The notes under the pieces were generated by a model that saw nothing but the letters and a program-made list of their open reading frames with translations, was not told the origin of the DNA and searched no databases. From the human T2T-CHM13v2.0 reference genome, Homo sapiens, in the NCBI RefSeq assembly GCF_009914755.1, contig NC_060932.1: a DNA stretch of 64,000 bases; one strand, given 5' to 3'. A program made the translations under genes and the position numbers. Position 1 is the stretch's first letter, and each line of letters starts with the position of its first letter. Positions 23,397-38,152 of this stretch are shown here, piece after piece.

Positions 23397-25424
23397 CTAA
23401 GGACAGGCCAGGGCGGCGGGAGAGGCGGACCGGTGGCGTGGCTGGATCTGGGCGCGCTGTCGGACCTTCCACATCACCAGCTGCAGGCAGGCGTTTGCGT
23501 CCTCGCTGGAGTTGTGGCCGTCCTGGCTGTCCTGGATGATCTGTGCCAGGTAGTCGGCCGCGAGATTCCTGAGGGAGCGCTTGTAGGGGAAACCCAGGTA
23601 GTGCGGGAAGAGCACGGCCGTGTCCACCACGGTGCTGTGGATGAGCTTCAGGGCCAGCAGGTCGCTCTCCAGGCTGTGCCCGATGAGGATGGTTTGGGCG
23701 CTGAAAAAGCTCAGCAGGATGGCTTGGACTTGGGGCAACGTGATGCTCGTCTTGGCGACGTCGGCCTCGGTGACTCCGGAAAACCTGGTGTTGTAGTCCA
23801 CGATCTCGTTGTCGGGCTTGACGAAGGTGTCGTACACCACTCGCATGTCGGCGTCCACCACGGTGACGCGGGTCAGCTCTAGGCCATGCGTGGTGTAGCA
23901 CATCTCACAGTCCAAGGCGTAGATTCCTGGATAAGCGTCTCTGGACAACTCTTTCTTGAAGGTCTCCACGAAGCCATCGAGGCTCTCCTTGCGGCCGTCC
24001 CGCACGTGCTGCTTTGCCACCTGGCAGCCCACAGAGCCAGGAGCAGCTGCACAGCAGGTGTACTGGCTAACCCGGCCTCCAGCCACCTGGCTCGAGCGGA
24101 CCCGCCCCCAGTGATAATAACACAACTGGTCGCGTACACAGCGGCCCGAGGAGGACACCAGGTACTCGGTGCCACAACGGCAGCAGACCCTGCAGGAGGA
24201 GTCGCCGGGCCCCTTCCCCTGGCCAGTGAAGAGGACGGCGCCTCCGGGCCGCTCGGGGTGCGGGAAGGGGTAGCCGTTCTCCTTGAGCTGGTCCTGGGTG
24301 AGCAGGAACTCCTGGAGGCGGCTGTACAGGGCGGCCCTGCTGAGGCCGGGCATGGAGCTGGGGGTCAGGCCCTTCAGTCTCTTGAGGGTGTTCAGGACCA
24401 CGTTCAGGTACCTGTTCTTGTTGGGGCTGCAGTCGTAGGCCACCTTCTCCTCGTTCAGCGCCTTCTCCTCGGCCTCCTGCTTGGAGGCGCAGAACTTGAG
24501 ACACTCTTCGGTGAACAGTTGGAGATAGCCTCGGCGGACGACGGTGGGGACTTGGCACCCAGAGCTTCGGAGGATAATGGGTTTCTTCAAACTCAAACTC
24601 GGTAAGGATGCACGACGGACGATTCGCTTAGAGCTGGTGGTGGCGGTGGTCTTGCATGCCATCCCTGACCTGTTGCGCGTCTTCCCTGGCTGTCTGCCGA
24701 CCTTGGAGCCACGGGAGCGTTGGCTGCTGCTGGCCACCCGGGTTCTCTTGGCATCTGTGTAACCTGTGACCAAGCAAGGGCTGGAAGAGTGGGCGATCGT
24801 CTTCCTCTTCCTGGGGGCTGAGATGCGGACTCCCGAGGGCCTCTCTGTCAGCCTTGGGGCGGCTGGCAAGCGGCAGGCCGATCCCCTCTGCGCAGGGAAG
24901 TAGCACGACTCCGTCACCATCTTGGGCCACGCTGGGGGCACCGCCGGACCCCTGTTCTGGGGCTCCGCCTGGATGTCCACAAATGCTGAGGCCTGCTTGT
25001 GCATCTGGGGCACCCAGAGCCCGAAGCTCTGGGCAGGCTGATGAGAGGGCAGTGGGAATTCTGGAGCCTCGAGGGCCGCCTCCTCGGCCACCTTCTTAGC
25101 TTCTGGGTATCCAGGTGGGAACCAGCAGGGAGCTGTGGCTCGCAACATCTTGCTGCCTTCGGGAGCACCGGCCGGGCTCTGCTCCGCTCCCAAATGGCGG
25201 CTTGCCTCCGGGGCCGCCTCCTTGGCCACCTTCTTAGCTTCTGGGTATCCAGGGCGGAACCAGCAGGGAGCTGTGGCTCGCAACATCTTGCTGCCTTCGG
25301 GAGCACCGGCCTGGCTCTGCTCCCCTCCCAAATGGCGGCTTGCCTCCAGGGCCGCCTCCTCGGCCACCTTCTTAGCTTCTGGGTATCCAGGGGGGAACCA
25401 GCAGGGAGCTGTGGCTCGCAACAT
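23397..25424 (-). CDS. REXO1L1: REXO1L/GOR exonuclease copy (L296V variant)
   Basis: Intact 675-aa ORF. SNV at 24539 gives PTVVRR. Confidence 0.9.
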   Translation of the reverse strand: MLRATAPCWFPPGYPEAKKVAEEAALEASRHLGGEQSQAGAPEGSKMLRATAPCWFRPGYPEAKKVAKEAAPEASRHLGAEQSPAGAPEGSKMLRATAPCWFPPGYPEAKKVAEEAALEAPEFPLPSHQPAQSFGLWVPQMHKQASAFVDIQAEPQNRGPAVPPAWPKMVTESCYFPAQRGSACRLPAAPRLTERPSGVRISAPRKRKTIAHSSSPCLVTGYTDAKRTRVASSSQRSRGSKVGRQPGKTRNRSGMACKTTATTSSKRIVRRASLPSLSLKKPIILRSSGCQVPTVVRRGYLQLFTEECLKFCASKQEAEEKALNEEKVAYDCSPNKNRYLNVVLNTLKRLKGLTPSSMPGLSRAALYSRLQEFLLTQDQLKENGYPFPHPERPGGAVLFTGQGKGPGDSSCRVCCRCGTEYLVSSSGRCVRDQLCYYHWGRVRSSQVAGGRVSQYTCCAAAPGSVGCQVAKQHVRDGRKESLDGFVETFKKELSRDAYPGIYALDCEMCYTTHGLELTRVTVVDADMRVVYDTFVKPDNEIVDYNTRFSGVTEADVAKTSITLPQVQAILLSFFSAQTILIGHSLESDLLALKLIHSTVVDTAVLFPHYLGFPYKRSLRNLAADYLAQIIQDSQDGHNSSEDANACLQLVMWKVRQRAQIQPRHRSASPAALACP

Positions 25425-25479
25425 CTTGCTGCCTTCGGGAGCACCGGCCTGGCTCTGCTCCTCTCCCAACTGGCGGCTT
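25066..25479 (-). repeat. 3 x 138-bp coding repeat
   Basis: Copy of 686..1099. Confidence 0.95.
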
Positions 25480-25480
25480 C

Positions 25481-25641
25481 AATGAGTGCTGCGGCCGCCA
25501 CTTGTCGCCTTTATATAGGCACAGGGCAGACTGGGTGGGACTTCTCCTTGATAGGTTGGTGCTTCAGTCCAATCACACTGAGCCTCATCTTCCACCAGAC
25601 TCCAGCTTGGGAATGCCTCAGGGGGTGCGCTAATGGAATCA
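25481..25641 (-). promoter_or_regulatory. Predicted core promoter
   Basis: Copy of 1101..1261. Confidence 0.7.
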
Positions 25642-25962
25642 ACTGGAACTCCCGGTTGCTAAACTTGGAGCTAGGTTGCTTTTCCTGAGTTAAGTAACTG
25701 TCCCTGCAGGGCAGTCCTATAATGGCTACTGGAATTGGGCTACCTAGGATTAAATTAAGGTTCAGGGAGGTTGGTCAACTTGCTTGGGCCCACACAGCAC
25801 CCCTTGGAGCCAGGACTGGGCCAGCAGTCTGCTGCATGCTGGAGGGCGGGATCCCTCTGGGGCTGCCTTTCCCTGCTCTGTGCACTCCGCCGCTGCGGGC
25901 AAATTGAGGACAGGAAGCGGACCGCACCCACTTCTCTCCCAGGACTTGGGCAATGTTCAACA

Positions 25963-26851
25963 CAGGTGGTCTTCCAAAGGTTCATAGAAAATGCACATGG
26001 TGAAGAAACTATGCATGGATTTCCACTGGTTTGCACTAAAATAAACTTGTCCTAACTTCTGATAACCTTTCTGAACTAGATCTAGTTTGAGGCACTAAGA
26101 AGGATGAGACATCCACTGAAAAGGACTCCCATCAGAGCAACATGAATTCCACGAAAATTGCAGCAAGAGGAAACATCAAATTTGTGGTGAAGCTTGGGTG
26201 GAAGATTGAAGAAATCATTGACGTTTTAAGAAAAGCTTGTAAGGACACTACCCCGAAGAAATGAACTCTTTACGAATGTATAGCTTGTTTCAAGAAGAGT
26301 TGAGAAGATGTGGAAGATGAATCCTGCAGTGGCTGTGAAAACCACTGTGCCCAGATGAGCTGCAGTTACGACGAGAGCTATCAGTGGAAATTTTAAACAG
26401 GAGGGATCACGATCCTGACGCATCCCTCTGACAAATTGTAAGCGGAAGTTGGAACATGGCTTCACCAATATGATCTCGAAGGCAAAGCATCATGAAAACG
26501 ATGGCTACCAAGAGGTGGCAGTGGTCCAGTCAAAGGAAAAGGAGGCCAGTCAGGAGCCCACATCATTGCATCAGTGTTTTGGGACACTCAAGGCATTTTG
26601 CTTGTTGACTTTCTGAAAGGCCAAACATCTGCTTATTAGGAGAGTGTTCTGAGAAGCTTAGATAAAGCTTTGGTAGAAACATGCTGGGAAAGTCTCACTA
26701 GATCCTTGTTCACCACATCAATGCTCTGCTCATTCCTCTCATCAAACAAGGGCAATTTTGTCAGTTTCAATGGGCAGTCCTTAGGAATTCACCTTACGGG
26801 CTGCTTTCATTCCTTCTAAATTCTTTTTGTTTCCTAATGATAAAAAGTCTC
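25963..26851 (+). mobile_element. Decayed Hsmar2 mariner
   Basis: Copy of 1583..2471. Confidence 0.88.
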
Positions 26852-29289
26852 CTTGCCTTGCTTGGAAAGATGAGAGAAAGTCTCCTTGCCTTGTTTGGAC
26901 AGATGAGAGATGAGATCCTCCTCTTCTCTCCCAGGACAGAATGGTGAGACTTGAGTTTCCTTTCTCCTCACTCTTCTCCTCCTTGAGGGAGCTGCTGTGC
27001 CGGACAGACCTGCCCCCGTGTCTAGACACTGGTAGACTCGTTTAAGTTCCTCACAGGCAATCCTCCATGGGGTCAAAGTGGAAGGACTTATTTCTTCAGG
27101 GCTCAGTAGTCCACATCCTGGCGCGCACCTTCACCAGCCCAGGGCGGGGTAGAGGAGGGTGAAAGGGCGTGGCTCAGAGCCCGCTTCTTCCGCTCGGGCG
27201 TATCCTGGGAGGAACCCTTGTCCGGTGAGCATGTCTTCGTCTCTACCAAATTCCCTAGTGGGACATTTCTGGCAGCCCTACTTGTTCAGCAGCTTACGGG
27301 GGTCAGGTGGACCTCTGCTAGTCACCAGCCTGAAGCCCTTTCTCCATTTCAGCTATTTTGGCAGTTGCCTAGGTGACTTTTGAACCTCATTATCCAGAAC
27401 AGCAAACGGACGAGGGGTGAGAAGAGTGGCCGTCTGGGTTTGCAGCATAGTGCTGCCTTCTAGGAGTTGTGCAGTCTTCGATTGTGTGAAACTTCACCTG
27501 GCTGATTTGTGGCAATGCCTCCACAAAATCGCTAAATTCAGTAGCTTTGGCCTTCCAAGATTCATTTACACAATGTTGAATGCTTTAAATGAATGAGCAT
27601 GAAGAGTGCTGGGCTGGAAAGTGATGAGATGGGTGGTAGGGACTCCTCGGAGTAGAGGAGTAGAGTTTTACTATTATGACTAGGAGGCAAATAAAAAGAA
27701 GCTGAACGTGATCCATAATAAAAGAAGCACACACTCACAGAGCTCCATACCAACTACATTAAAATGGAAATCATGATATTTGGAAATACAACTTAATTGG
27801 AAATCATTAAGTAATCTCATCAACCTTTTTACAGTGGGTGGCAGGGCTATGGAGGGAAAACAGCAATGGTTCTGGCACCTACTTAACTTGATTCCATTAA
27901 ATTCACCCAACAGGCCTCCAGAGAACATATTACTGCTTTGATATTACAAAGGGAAAAACAGCTATGGCGTCTCTGAAAAGCACAACGTGCTAGGACTGGA
28001 ATGACTTTAAAACCACACATAAATTTCTGAGAGATTTTTGCCATAAGGTACCATCCACCTTACTGTAAACCACATCCTAAAATTGTCTGCAGTGCAAATG
28101 GATTATGTGCATCCAACAGGAAACAGCATAGGTTGAGAAGCTGTTACTTAATAGCTTCATTGTCACCACGAGTGTAAAGTGTGGGGTCTCATCACTTTTG
28201 CACCCACGTTTTGCCTGTTGGTTTCTCCACACTGTCAGGAGCATTTGACCAACTCACTGTGGCTCAGGGTCCCTTACGCAGCCTGTTGGGGAAACCAGTG
28301 GGTATTGAAGACCTGCCTCTGGTGTGCCAGGAGGTTGTGCCTGCCGGCCACTCTGACTTGCGATCTTCCGCCTCAGTGTATGGCTTCCTACACCTGGGTA
28401 ATTAACATAGCCAGCATGATAAGGAGGTCCTTTCATCACTATTGCCACTAGTCCTTCCGACTCCTGTGCCCTGTTTCTCCTTTATTGGAACCCAAGAACG
28501 AGTAAACATAGCATTTTCAAACATCCCGCCCCCTTCCCTGGTAACACCAATATTCCACCATCCTAATTCCCTCACAAGCATTGAGTCTCTCCACCCTGAG
28601 GTGGTGAAATCCCTGCAGGCATTTATAAGTATACCTGGACAGAAGAAATACAAGATACCGTTCTATTAACTCAATATAGTGTTGCTAAGTTCGTACTTTT
28701 GCTTGGTTTATTTTATTTTATAAATAGGTATCACTCGCATGGTTCCAAATGCGATAGGCACAGAGAGTATATATGATGGAATTACATCCTCCTTCCCTGC
28801 ACTCAGCAACCGAGATCTTCCCGCTACGGGCACTCAAAGGTTTCATTGTCTGAAATATCAGCCTAAACGTAGTTTATGTTTAGGAAGCAACAACCGTAAA
28901 TAGGCCCACATCCAAACGGAGTGGATTTAGGTTTCACTTTTTCAAGGAAAAACCATCAAAGAATTTTTCCACATACTTATAAACCATCCCACGTATAGAA
29001 TCCATTTTTACTGACACAAATTTAGTACCAATAAACGACTCTTCTTCTCAATTTGTTTTATTTAACAATAAGTCTTGAACGTCATTCCCAGTTAACATTT
29101 TGAAGAGTTTCCTCTCTTTCGTTCTGTTTTAGCTGCAAAGTATTCTTCCGTAAGGATGAACGTACTATAATTTATTAGCCAGCCACTTAGTGATGTACAA
29201 TTAAGCAGTTTTAAATCTTTGACTCTTGAAAATATTGTTTCTCACACATAAATATTTCTATAAAATAAATTAGTTGAATTAGAATTGTT

Positions 29290-29502
29290 GGAGTTCAAGA
29301 CCAGCCTGGCCAACATGGTGAAACCCCATCTCTACTAGAAACACAAAATTAGCCGGACATGCCGGTACATGCCTCTAATCTCAGGTGAGGCAGGAGAATC
29401 ACTTCAACCTGGGAGGCAGAGGTTGTAGTGACTCGAAATCACGCCACTGCACTCCAGCCTGGGCGACGCGAGCGAAACTCTGTCTCAAAAAACCAAAAAA
29501 AA
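29290..29502 (+). mobile_element. 5'-truncated Alu (AluS-like)
   Basis: Copy of 4910..5122. Confidence 0.92.
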
Positions 29503-29504
29503 TT

Positions 29505-30355
29505 AAACATAAAAAGAAAAGCGGTACATATACCCAATAGAACACAATTCAGCCTTAAAAAAGAAAGAAATCATCTCATTGGCAACACGAATGAGCCTAG
29601 AGGATGGTACACTGAGTGAAAGAAAGCAAAGGCCAGGCACGGTGGCTCATGCCTGTAATCCCAGTACTTTGGGAGGCCAAGGCAGGTGGAAGCGTTGAGC
29701 CCAGGAGTTGGAGATGAACCTGGGCAACATGGTGAAACCCCATCTCTAAAAGAAACACAAAAATTAGCCAAGTGTGGCGTTGGAAGCCTGTAGTCCTAGC
29801 TATTCAGGAGGCTGAAGCGGGAGGAACTCTCGACCCCGGGAGGTGGAGGCCGTGGTGAGTGAGCCGTGTTTGTGTCACTGTACTCCAGCCTGGGTGACAG
29901 ACTGAGACCCTGTCTCAAAAAATAAATAATTACATAATAAAGATTTAAAAAGCAAGCACAAAAAGACAAATACTGCATGATCTCACTTATATGTGCAATC
30001 TCAAACAATGCAACTCATAGCTGTAGAGAGCAGAACGGTGGTTACCCGAGGCAGGGGTCAGGGAGGGACTGGAGAGATGATAGTCTCATGATAAAAAATT
30101 TCAGAGAGGAATGGTTCTAGAGATCTATTGAACAGCCTGGCATCTACAGTGTATAAGTATGTATTGTATACTTGAAAATTGCTATAAGAGTAGATTTTAG
30201 ACATGTCCTCATCACATTAAAATCAGTATGTGAGGAAACGAGTGTGTTAATTAGCTTGATTTTGTCATTCCACAATGTATACACATATGAAACATCATGT
30301 TGTATGCCATAAATATATATAATTTTTATTTGTCAAGTTAAAATTAAAATTCATA
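29505..30355 (+). mobile_element. L1MA-type 3' fragment
   Basis: Copy of 5125..5975. Confidence 0.8.
29631..29941 (+). mobile_element. Alu (AluJ-like)
   Basis: Copy of 5251..5561. Confidence 0.93.
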
Positions 30356-31350
30356 TAAATTATAAAAATAAAATGAAACAACATACACTACAAAAGACTT
30401 TTATTTATTAAATCCCCACAGAAGGGGTCAGAGTGATAAAGGAAAATAAAATTCCGGGAACGGTAAAATCAATCAGAAATGCCCTACTTCAGTGCTTTCC
30501 GAAATTTGTCTGACAGAGTGGAAATCCAGTTTTTCACTAAGTCACTGTTCTGGAACAGTTTGTGTGTGTGTATGTATGTGTGTGAGGGCTCACATACACA
30601 AATTGAACTAATGGAAGTGTAAGCATTCAAATTATCAGTTTAATTTAGTTCTATACATATACACACACACACACTCACACACCGAAAACATTGATAAAAT
30701 CAGCCATTCCAGCAAAACTAGCTACTTAGTGTCTATCTCTCCTTGAAGATTCAAACTAGAAATGAGGATTTAGAGAGGCATGATGGTTCGTTCTCTCTTG
30801 GAGCCCAGTTCGAAGTTGACTGACTGATTCAGTCATTGTAATTGGTTGGTCTTGGGGAAGAATCCACTTTGACTCTTGGGAAGTCAGCTAGGTCAGCGGA
30901 CAGAGCAGGGGCTCTGGAGCCAGACTGCCTGCACCCGACTTCTAGCTATGATACCTTGGAAAAACTACTTATCACCTGGACTTCAGGTTCCTCATCTGTA
31001 AAATGGGGATAAGAATGCTATCTCTCTCACAACTGTTAGGAGGACTGACTGGGTTAATACGTGCAAAGTACCAAGTACATAAGAAACCAACAGCCAGTGC
31101 TCATTACAATCATTATTATTTTGGGCAAGTTAAGCCGCATGGTTTCTTTAGGTATAAAATTAGGCTTTATTTACCTACCTGTTGGGTTGTTCCAAGGATT
31201 AATCACATAGTGTTCATGAATTCCCTTTATAAACTATTATAGAAAAGAAATATAGTTAACATTAATTGAACACCTACTATGTGCGATCGTTTTAAGGCTT
31301 GCCATGTGCTGCTTCATTCAGTCCGCACCATGACATTAGGATCACACTTT

Positions 31351-34300
31351 CGTTTTCCATTTTTTTTTAAATTATACTTTAATTACTAGGGCACATGTGC
31401 ACAACGTGCAGGTTTATTACGTATGTAAGCACGTGCCATGTTGGTGTGCTGCACCCATTCACTAGTCATTTACATTAGGTATATCTCTTAATGTTATCCC
31501 TCCCCCTCCCCCCGCCCATGACAGGCCCCGGTGTGTGATGTTCCCCTTTCTGCGTCCAAGTGTTCTCCTAGTTCAATTCCCACCTATGAGTGGGATCACG
31601 CGGTGTTTGGTTTTTTTGTCTTTGCGATAGTTTGCTAAGAATGATGGTTTCCAGCTTCATCCGTGTCCCTCCGAAGGGCATGAACACATGCTTTTTTATG
31701 GCTGCATAGTATTCCACGGTGTATTTGTGCCACGTTTCCTTAATCCAGTCTATCATTGATGGACATCTGGGCTGGTTCCAAGTCTTTGCTACTGTGAACG
31801 GTGCCGCAATAAACATGCGTCTGCGTGTGTCCTTTTAGCAGCATGATTTATAGTCCTATGGGTGTATACCCAGTAATGGGACGGCTGGGTCAAATGGTAT
31901 TTCTAATTCTAGATCCTTGAGGATTCGCCACACTGTCTTCCACAACCGCTGAACTGGTTTACAGTCCCACCAGCAGTGTAAAAGTGTTCCTATTTCTCCA
32001 CTACCTCTCCAGCACCTGTTGTTTCCTGACTTTTTTATTGATCGCTATTCTAACTGGTGTGAGACGATATCTCTTTGCGGATTTGATTTGCATTTCTCTG
32101 ATGACCAGTGTTGATGGGCATTTTTTCATGTGTCTGTTGGCTGCATAAATGTCTTCTTTTTAGAAGTGTCTCTTCATATCCTTCCCGCACTTGTTGATGG
32201 GGTTGTTTGGTTTTTCTTGTAACTCTGTTTGAGTTCTTAGTAGATTCTGGATATTAGCCCTTTGTCAGATGAGTAGATTGCAAAAATTTTCTCCCTTTCT
32301 GTAGCATGCCTGTTCACTCTGATGGGAGTTTCTTTAGCTGTGCAGAAACTCTTTAGTGTAATTAGATGCCGTTTGTCAATATTGGCTTTTGTTGCCTTTG
32401 CTTTTGGCGTTTTAGACATGAGGTCCTTGCCCATGCCTGTGTCCTGAATGGTATTGCCTAGGTTTTCTCCTAGGGTTTGTATGGCTTAAGATGTAACATT
32501 TAAGTCTTTCATCCGTCTTGAATAAACTTTTGCATAAGGTGTAAGGAAGGGATCCAATTTCACCTTCGGACATATGGCTAGCCAGTTTTCCCAGCACCAT
32601 TTATTAAATAGGGAATCCTTTCCCCATTTCTTGTTTTTGTCAGGTTTGTCAAAGATCCGACGGTTGTAGATGTGTCATATTATTTCTGAGGGCTCTATTC
32701 TGTTCCATTGGTCTACAGTAACCAAAAAGGCAACCAACAGCATGCTGTTTGGTTACTGTAGGCTTGTAGTGTAGTTTGAAGTCGGGTAGCTTGATGCCTC
32801 CACCTTTGTTCTTTTGGCTTAGGATTATCTTGGCAGTGGGGGCCCTTTTGTGGTTCCATGTAAACTTTCAAGTAGTTTTTTCCAATTCTGTGAAGAAAGT
32901 CCTTGGTAGCTTGATGGGGATGGCATTGGATCTATAATATACCTTGGGCAGTATGGCCATTTTCACGATACTGATTCTTCCTAACCGTGAGCATGGAATA
33001 TTCTTCCATTGGTTTGTGTCCTCTTTTATTTCGTGGAGCAGTGGTTTGTAGTTCTCCTTGAAGAGGTCCTTCGCACATCGCATCCCTTGTTAGTTGGATT
33101 CCTCAGTATTTTATTCTCTTTGAAGCAATTGTGAATGGGAGCTCAGTCATGATTTGGCTCTCTGTTTGCCTGTTATTGGTGTATGAGAATGCTTGTGTTT
33201 TTTGCACATCGATTTTGTATCCTGAGACTTTGCTGAAGTTGCTTATCAGCTTAAGGAGATTTTGGGCTGAGACGCTGGGGTTTTCTAAATATTCAATCAT
33301 GTCATCTACAAACAGGGACAATTTGACTTCCTCTTTTCCTAATTGATTACTCTTTATTTCTTTCTCCTGCCTGATTGCCCTGGCCAGAAGTTCCAACACC
33401 ATGTTGAATAGGAGTGGTGAGAGAGGGCACCCCTGTCTTGTGGCAGTTTGCAAAGGGAATGCTTCCACTTTTTGCCCATTCAGTATAATATTGGCTGTGG
33501 GTTTGCCCTAAATAGCCCTTATTATTTTGAGGTATGTCCCATCAGTACCTAATTTATTGAGAGTTTTTGGCATGAAAGGCTGTTGAATTTTGTCAAAGGC
33601 CTTTTCTGCATCTGTTGAGATAATCACGCGGTTTCTGTCTTTGGTTCCGATTATATGCTGGATTATGTTTATTGATTTGCATATGTTGGACCAGCCTTGC
33701 ATGTCAGGGATGAAGCCCACTTGATCATAATGGATAAGCTCTTTGATGTGCTGCTGGATTCGGTTTGCCAGCATTTTATGGAGGATTTTTCCATCGGTGT
33801 TCCTCAGGGATATGGGCCGAAAATTCTCTTTGTTGGTTGTGTCTCTCTCAGCCTTTGGGATCAGGATGATGCTGGCCTCATAAAATGAGATAGGGAGGAT
33901 TCCCTCTTTTTCTGTTGATTGGAATAGTTTCCGAAGGAATGGTACCAGCTCCTCCTTGTACTTCTGGTAGAATTCGGCTGTGAATCCGTCTGGTCCTGGA
34001 GTTTTATTGCTTGATAGGCTATTAATTATTGCCTCAATTTCAGAGCCTGTTATTGGTCTATTCAGGCATTCAACTTCTTCCTGGTTTACTCTGGGGAGGT
34101 TGCATGTGTCCAGGAATTTATTCATTTCTTCTAGATTTCCGAGTTTGTTTGCCTAGAGGTGTTGACAGTATTCTCTCATGGTAGTTTGTACTTCTGTGGG
34201 ATCAGTGGTGATATCCCCTTTATCATTTTTTATTGCATCTGCTTGATTCTTCTTCCTTTCATTCTTTAATAGTCTTGCTAGTGGTCTATCAATTTTGTTG

Positions 34301-35022
34301 ATGGTTTCAAAAAACCCGCTCCTGGATTCATTGATTTTTTGAAGGGTTTTTTGGGTCTCTATCTCCTTCAGTTCTGCTCGGATCTTAGTTATTTCTTGCC
34401 TTCTGCTAGCTTTTGAATGTGTTTGCTCTTGCTTCTCTCATCCTTTTAATGGTGATGTTAGGGTATGCATTTTTGATCTTTCCTGCTTTCCCTTGTGGGC
34501 ATTTAGTGCTATAAATTTCCCTCTACACACTGCTTTAAATGTGTCCCAGAGATTCTGGTATGTTGTGTCTTTGTTCTCATTGCTTTCAGAGAATATCTTT
34601 ATTTCTGCCTTCATTTCGTTATGTACCCAGTACTCATTCAGGAGCAGCTTGTCCGGTTTCCATGCAGTTGTGCGGTTTTGAGTGAGTTTCTCAATCCTGA
34701 GGTCTAGTGTGATTGCAATGTGGTCTGAGAGACCGTTTGTAATAATTTCTGTAATTTTACTTTTACTGAGGAGTGCTTTACTTCCAACTATGTGGTCAAT
34801 GTGGAAATAAGTGTGATGTGGTGCTGAGAAGAATGTATATTCTGTTGATTTGGGGTGGAGCGTTCTGTACATGTCTCCTAGGTCCGCTTGGTGCAGAGCT
34901 GAGCTCAATTCCCGGATATCCTTTTTTAACTTTCTGTCTCGTTGGTGTGTCTAATGTTGACAGTGGGGTGTTAAGTTTGCCATTATTATTATTATTACTA
35001 TGTGGGAGTCTAAGTCTCTTTT
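31351..35022 (-). mobile_element. 5'-truncated L1PA
   Basis: Copy of 6971..10644 with the same TSD. Confidence 0.97.
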
Positions 35023-35586
35023 GATCACACTTTAAAGACCAAAAGGTAGAAGCGCAAAGACGTTATCTGTCCAATATTACAAACCTAGTAAGTGGTGGAA
35101 TTTGGCCTTGAACCCAGATCTGTAACTCCAGAGCCGAAGTGCTTCACCCACCTCCCTGTGGTGCCTCTACAGAAAAAGAGGTAAGCAGGCATTCCGAAAG
35201 CTGGTGGGCCGGGGGGCTGGCCTTGTACTCAGAAGCCATGGAAGTCCCACGTGGGGTGGCTAGTGGTGTAAGGACAGAGGTCTCGGATGGGCAGAGGGAT
35301 GTGGACAGGCGCGAGGGCGCGCGGCAGGGACTCGGGGGACTGGGAGTGGCGGCTCGGGGCTGCGGGAGGCGATTGGTGGAAGGACAGAGGTCTGGGAGGG
35401 GCAGAGGGATGTGGACAGGCCCGAGGGGCCGCGGCAGGGATTCCGGGGGACCGGGAGTGGGGGGTTGGGGTTACTCTTGGCTTTTTGCCCTCTCCTGCCG
35501 CCGGCTGCTCCAGTTTCTTTCGCTTTGCGGCGAGGTGGGCAGGGTGAGCTCTCGGGACTGATGGCGGTTTTGGAAGAGGCCTGGGG

Positions 35587-37614
35587 CTAAGGACAGGCCA
35601 GGGCGGCGGGAGAGGCGGACCGGTGGCGTGGCTGGATCTGGGCGCGCTGTCGGACCTTCCACATCACCAGCTGCAGGCAGGCGTTTGCGTCCTCGCTGGA
35701 GTTGTGGCCGTCCTGGCTGTCCTGGATGATCTGTGCCAGGTAGTCGGCTGCGAGATTCCTGAGGGAGCGCTTGTAGGGGAAACCCAGGTAGTGCGGGAAG
35801 AGCACGGCCGTGTCCACCACGGTGCTGTGGATGAGCTTCAGGGCCAGCAGGTCGCTCTCCAGGCTGTGCCCGATGAGGATGGTTTGGGCGCTGAAAAAGC
35901 TCAGCAGGATGGCTTGGACTTGGGGCAACGTGATGCTCGTCTTGGCGACGTCGGCCTCGGTGACTCCGGAAAACCTGGTGTTGTAGTCCACGATCTCGTT
36001 GTCGGGCTTGACGAAGGTGTCGTACACCACTCGCATGTCGGCGTCCACCACGGTGACGCGGGTCAGCTCTAGGCCATGCGTGGTGTAGCACATCTCACAG
36101 TCCAAGGCGTAGATTCCTGGATAAGCGTCTCTGGACAACTCTTTCTTGAAGGTCTCCACGAAGCCATCGAGGCTCTCCTTGCGGCCGTCCCGCACGTGCT
36201 GCTTTGCCACCTGGCAGCCCACAGAGCCAGGAGCAGCTGCACAGCAGGTGTACTGGCTAACCCGGCCTCCAGCCACCTGGCTCGAGCGGACCCGCCCCCA
36301 GTGATAATAACACAACTGGTCGCGTACACAGCGGCCCGAGGAGGACACCAGGTACTCGGTGCCACAACGGCAGCAGACCCTGCAGGAGGAGTCGCCGGGC
36401 CCCTTCCCCTGGCCAGTGAAGAGGACGGCGCCTCCGGGCCGCTCGGGGTGCGGGAAGGGGTAGCCGTTCTCCTTGAGCTGGTCCTGGGTGAGCAGGAACT
36501 CCTGGAGGCGGCTGTACAGGGCGGCCCTGCTGAGGCAGGGCATGGAGCTGGGGGTCAGGCCCTTCAGTCTCTTGAGGGTGTTCAGGACCACGTTCAGGTA
36601 CCTGTTCTTGTTGGGGCTGCAGTCGTAGGCCACCTTCTCCTCGTTCAGCGCCTTCTCCTCGGCCTCCTGCTTGGAGGCGCAGAACTTGAGACACTCTTCG
36701 GTGAACAGTTGGAGATAGCCTCGGCGGAGGACGGTGGGGACTTGGCACCCAGAGCTTCGGAGGATAATGGGTTTCTTCAAACTCAAACTCGGTAAGGATG
36801 CACGACGGACGATTCGCTTAGAGCTGGTGGTGGCGGTGGTCTTGCATGCCATCCCTGACCTGTTGCGCGTCTTCCCTGGCTGTCTGCCGACCTTGGAGCC
36901 ACGGGAGCGTTGGCTGCTGCTGGCCACCCGGGTTCTCTTGGCATCTGTGTAACCTGTGACCAAGCAAGGGCTGGAAGAGTGGGCGATCGTCTTCCTCTTC
37001 CTGGGGGCTGAGATGCGGACTCCCGAGGGCCTCTCTGTCAGCCTTGGGGCGGCTGGCAAGCGGCAGGCCGATCCCCTCTGCGCAGGGAAGTAGCACGACT
37101 CCGTCACCATCTTGGGCCACGCTGGGGGCACCGCCGGACCCCTGTTCTGGGGCTCCGCCTGGATGTCCACAAATGCTGAGGCCTGCTTGTGCATCTGGGG
37201 CACCCAGAGCCCGAAGCTCTGGGCAGGCTGATGAGAGGGCAGTGGGAATTCTGGAGCCTCGAGGGCCGCCTCCTCGGCCACCTTCTTAGCTTCTGGGTAT
37301 CCAGGTGGGAACCAGCAGGGAGCTGTGGCTCGCAACATCTTGCTGCCTTCGGGAGCACCGGCCGGGCTCTGCTCCGCTCCCAAATGGCGGCTTGCCTCCG
37401 GGGCCGCCTCCTTGGCCACCTTCTTAGCTTCTGGGTATCCAGGGCGGAACCAGCAGGGAGCTGTGGCTCGCAACATCTTGCTGCCTTCGGGAGCACCGGC
37501 CTGGCTCTGCTCCCCTCCCAAATGGCGGCTTGCCTCCAGGGCCGCCTCCTCGGCCACCTTCTTAGCTTCTGGGTATCCAGGGGGGAACCAGCAGGGAGCT
37601 GTGGCTCGCAACAT
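35587..37614 (-). CDS. REXO1L1: REXO1L/GOR exonuclease copy (G360C variant)
   Basis: Intact 675-aa ORF. SNV at 36537 gives MPCLS, plus a synonymous SNV at 35749. Confidence 0.9.
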   Translation of the reverse strand: MLRATAPCWFPPGYPEAKKVAEEAALEASRHLGGEQSQAGAPEGSKMLRATAPCWFRPGYPEAKKVAKEAAPEASRHLGAEQSPAGAPEGSKMLRATAPCWFPPGYPEAKKVAEEAALEAPEFPLPSHQPAQSFGLWVPQMHKQASAFVDIQAEPQNRGPAVPPAWPKMVTESCYFPAQRGSACRLPAAPRLTERPSGVRISAPRKRKTIAHSSSPCLVTGYTDAKRTRVASSSQRSRGSKVGRQPGKTRNRSGMACKTTATTSSKRIVRRASLPSLSLKKPIILRSSGCQVPTVLRRGYLQLFTEECLKFCASKQEAEEKALNEEKVAYDCSPNKNRYLNVVLNTLKRLKGLTPSSMPCLSRAALYSRLQEFLLTQDQLKENGYPFPHPERPGGAVLFTGQGKGPGDSSCRVCCRCGTEYLVSSSGRCVRDQLCYYHWGRVRSSQVAGGRVSQYTCCAAAPGSVGCQVAKQHVRDGRKESLDGFVETFKKELSRDAYPGIYALDCEMCYTTHGLELTRVTVVDADMRVVYDTFVKPDNEIVDYNTRFSGVTEADVAKTSITLPQVQAILLSFFSAQTILIGHSLESDLLALKLIHSTVVDTAVLFPHYLGFPYKRSLRNLAADYLAQIIQDSQDGHNSSEDANACLQLVMWKVRQRAQIQPRHRSASPAALACP

Positions 37615-37669
37615 CTTGCTGCCTTCGGGAGCACCGGCCTGGCTCTGCTCCTCTCCCAACTGGCGGCTT
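37256..37669 (-). repeat. 3 x 138-bp coding repeat
   Basis: Copy of 686..1099. Confidence 0.95.
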
Positions 37670-37670
37670 C

Positions 37671-37831
37671 AATGAGTGCTGCGGCCGCCACTTGTCGCCT
37701 TTATATAGGCACAGGGCAGACTGGGTGGGACTTCTCCTTGATAGGTTGGTGCTTCAGTCCAATCACACTGAGCCTCATCTTCCACCAGACTCCAGCTTGG
37801 GAATGCCTCAGGGGGTGCGCTAATGGAATCA
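37671..37831 (-). promoter_or_regulatory. Predicted core promoter
   Basis: Copy of 1101..1261. Confidence 0.7.
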
Positions 37832-38152
37832 ACTGGAACTCCCGGTTGCTAAACTTGGAGCTAGGTTGCTTTTCCTGAGTTAAGTAACTGTCCCTGCAGG
37901 GCAGTCCTATAATGGCTACTGGAATTGGGCTACCTAGGATTAAATTAAGGTTCAGGGAGGTTGGTCAACTTGCTTGGGCCCACACAGCACCCCTTGGAGC
38001 CAGGACTGGGCCAGCAGTCTGCTGCATGCTGGAGGGCGGGATCCCTCTGGGGCTGCCTTTCCCTGCTCTGTGCACTCCGCCGCTGCGGGCAAATTGAGGA
38101 CAGGAAGCGGACCGCACCCACTTCTCTCCCAGGACTTGGGCAATGTTCAACA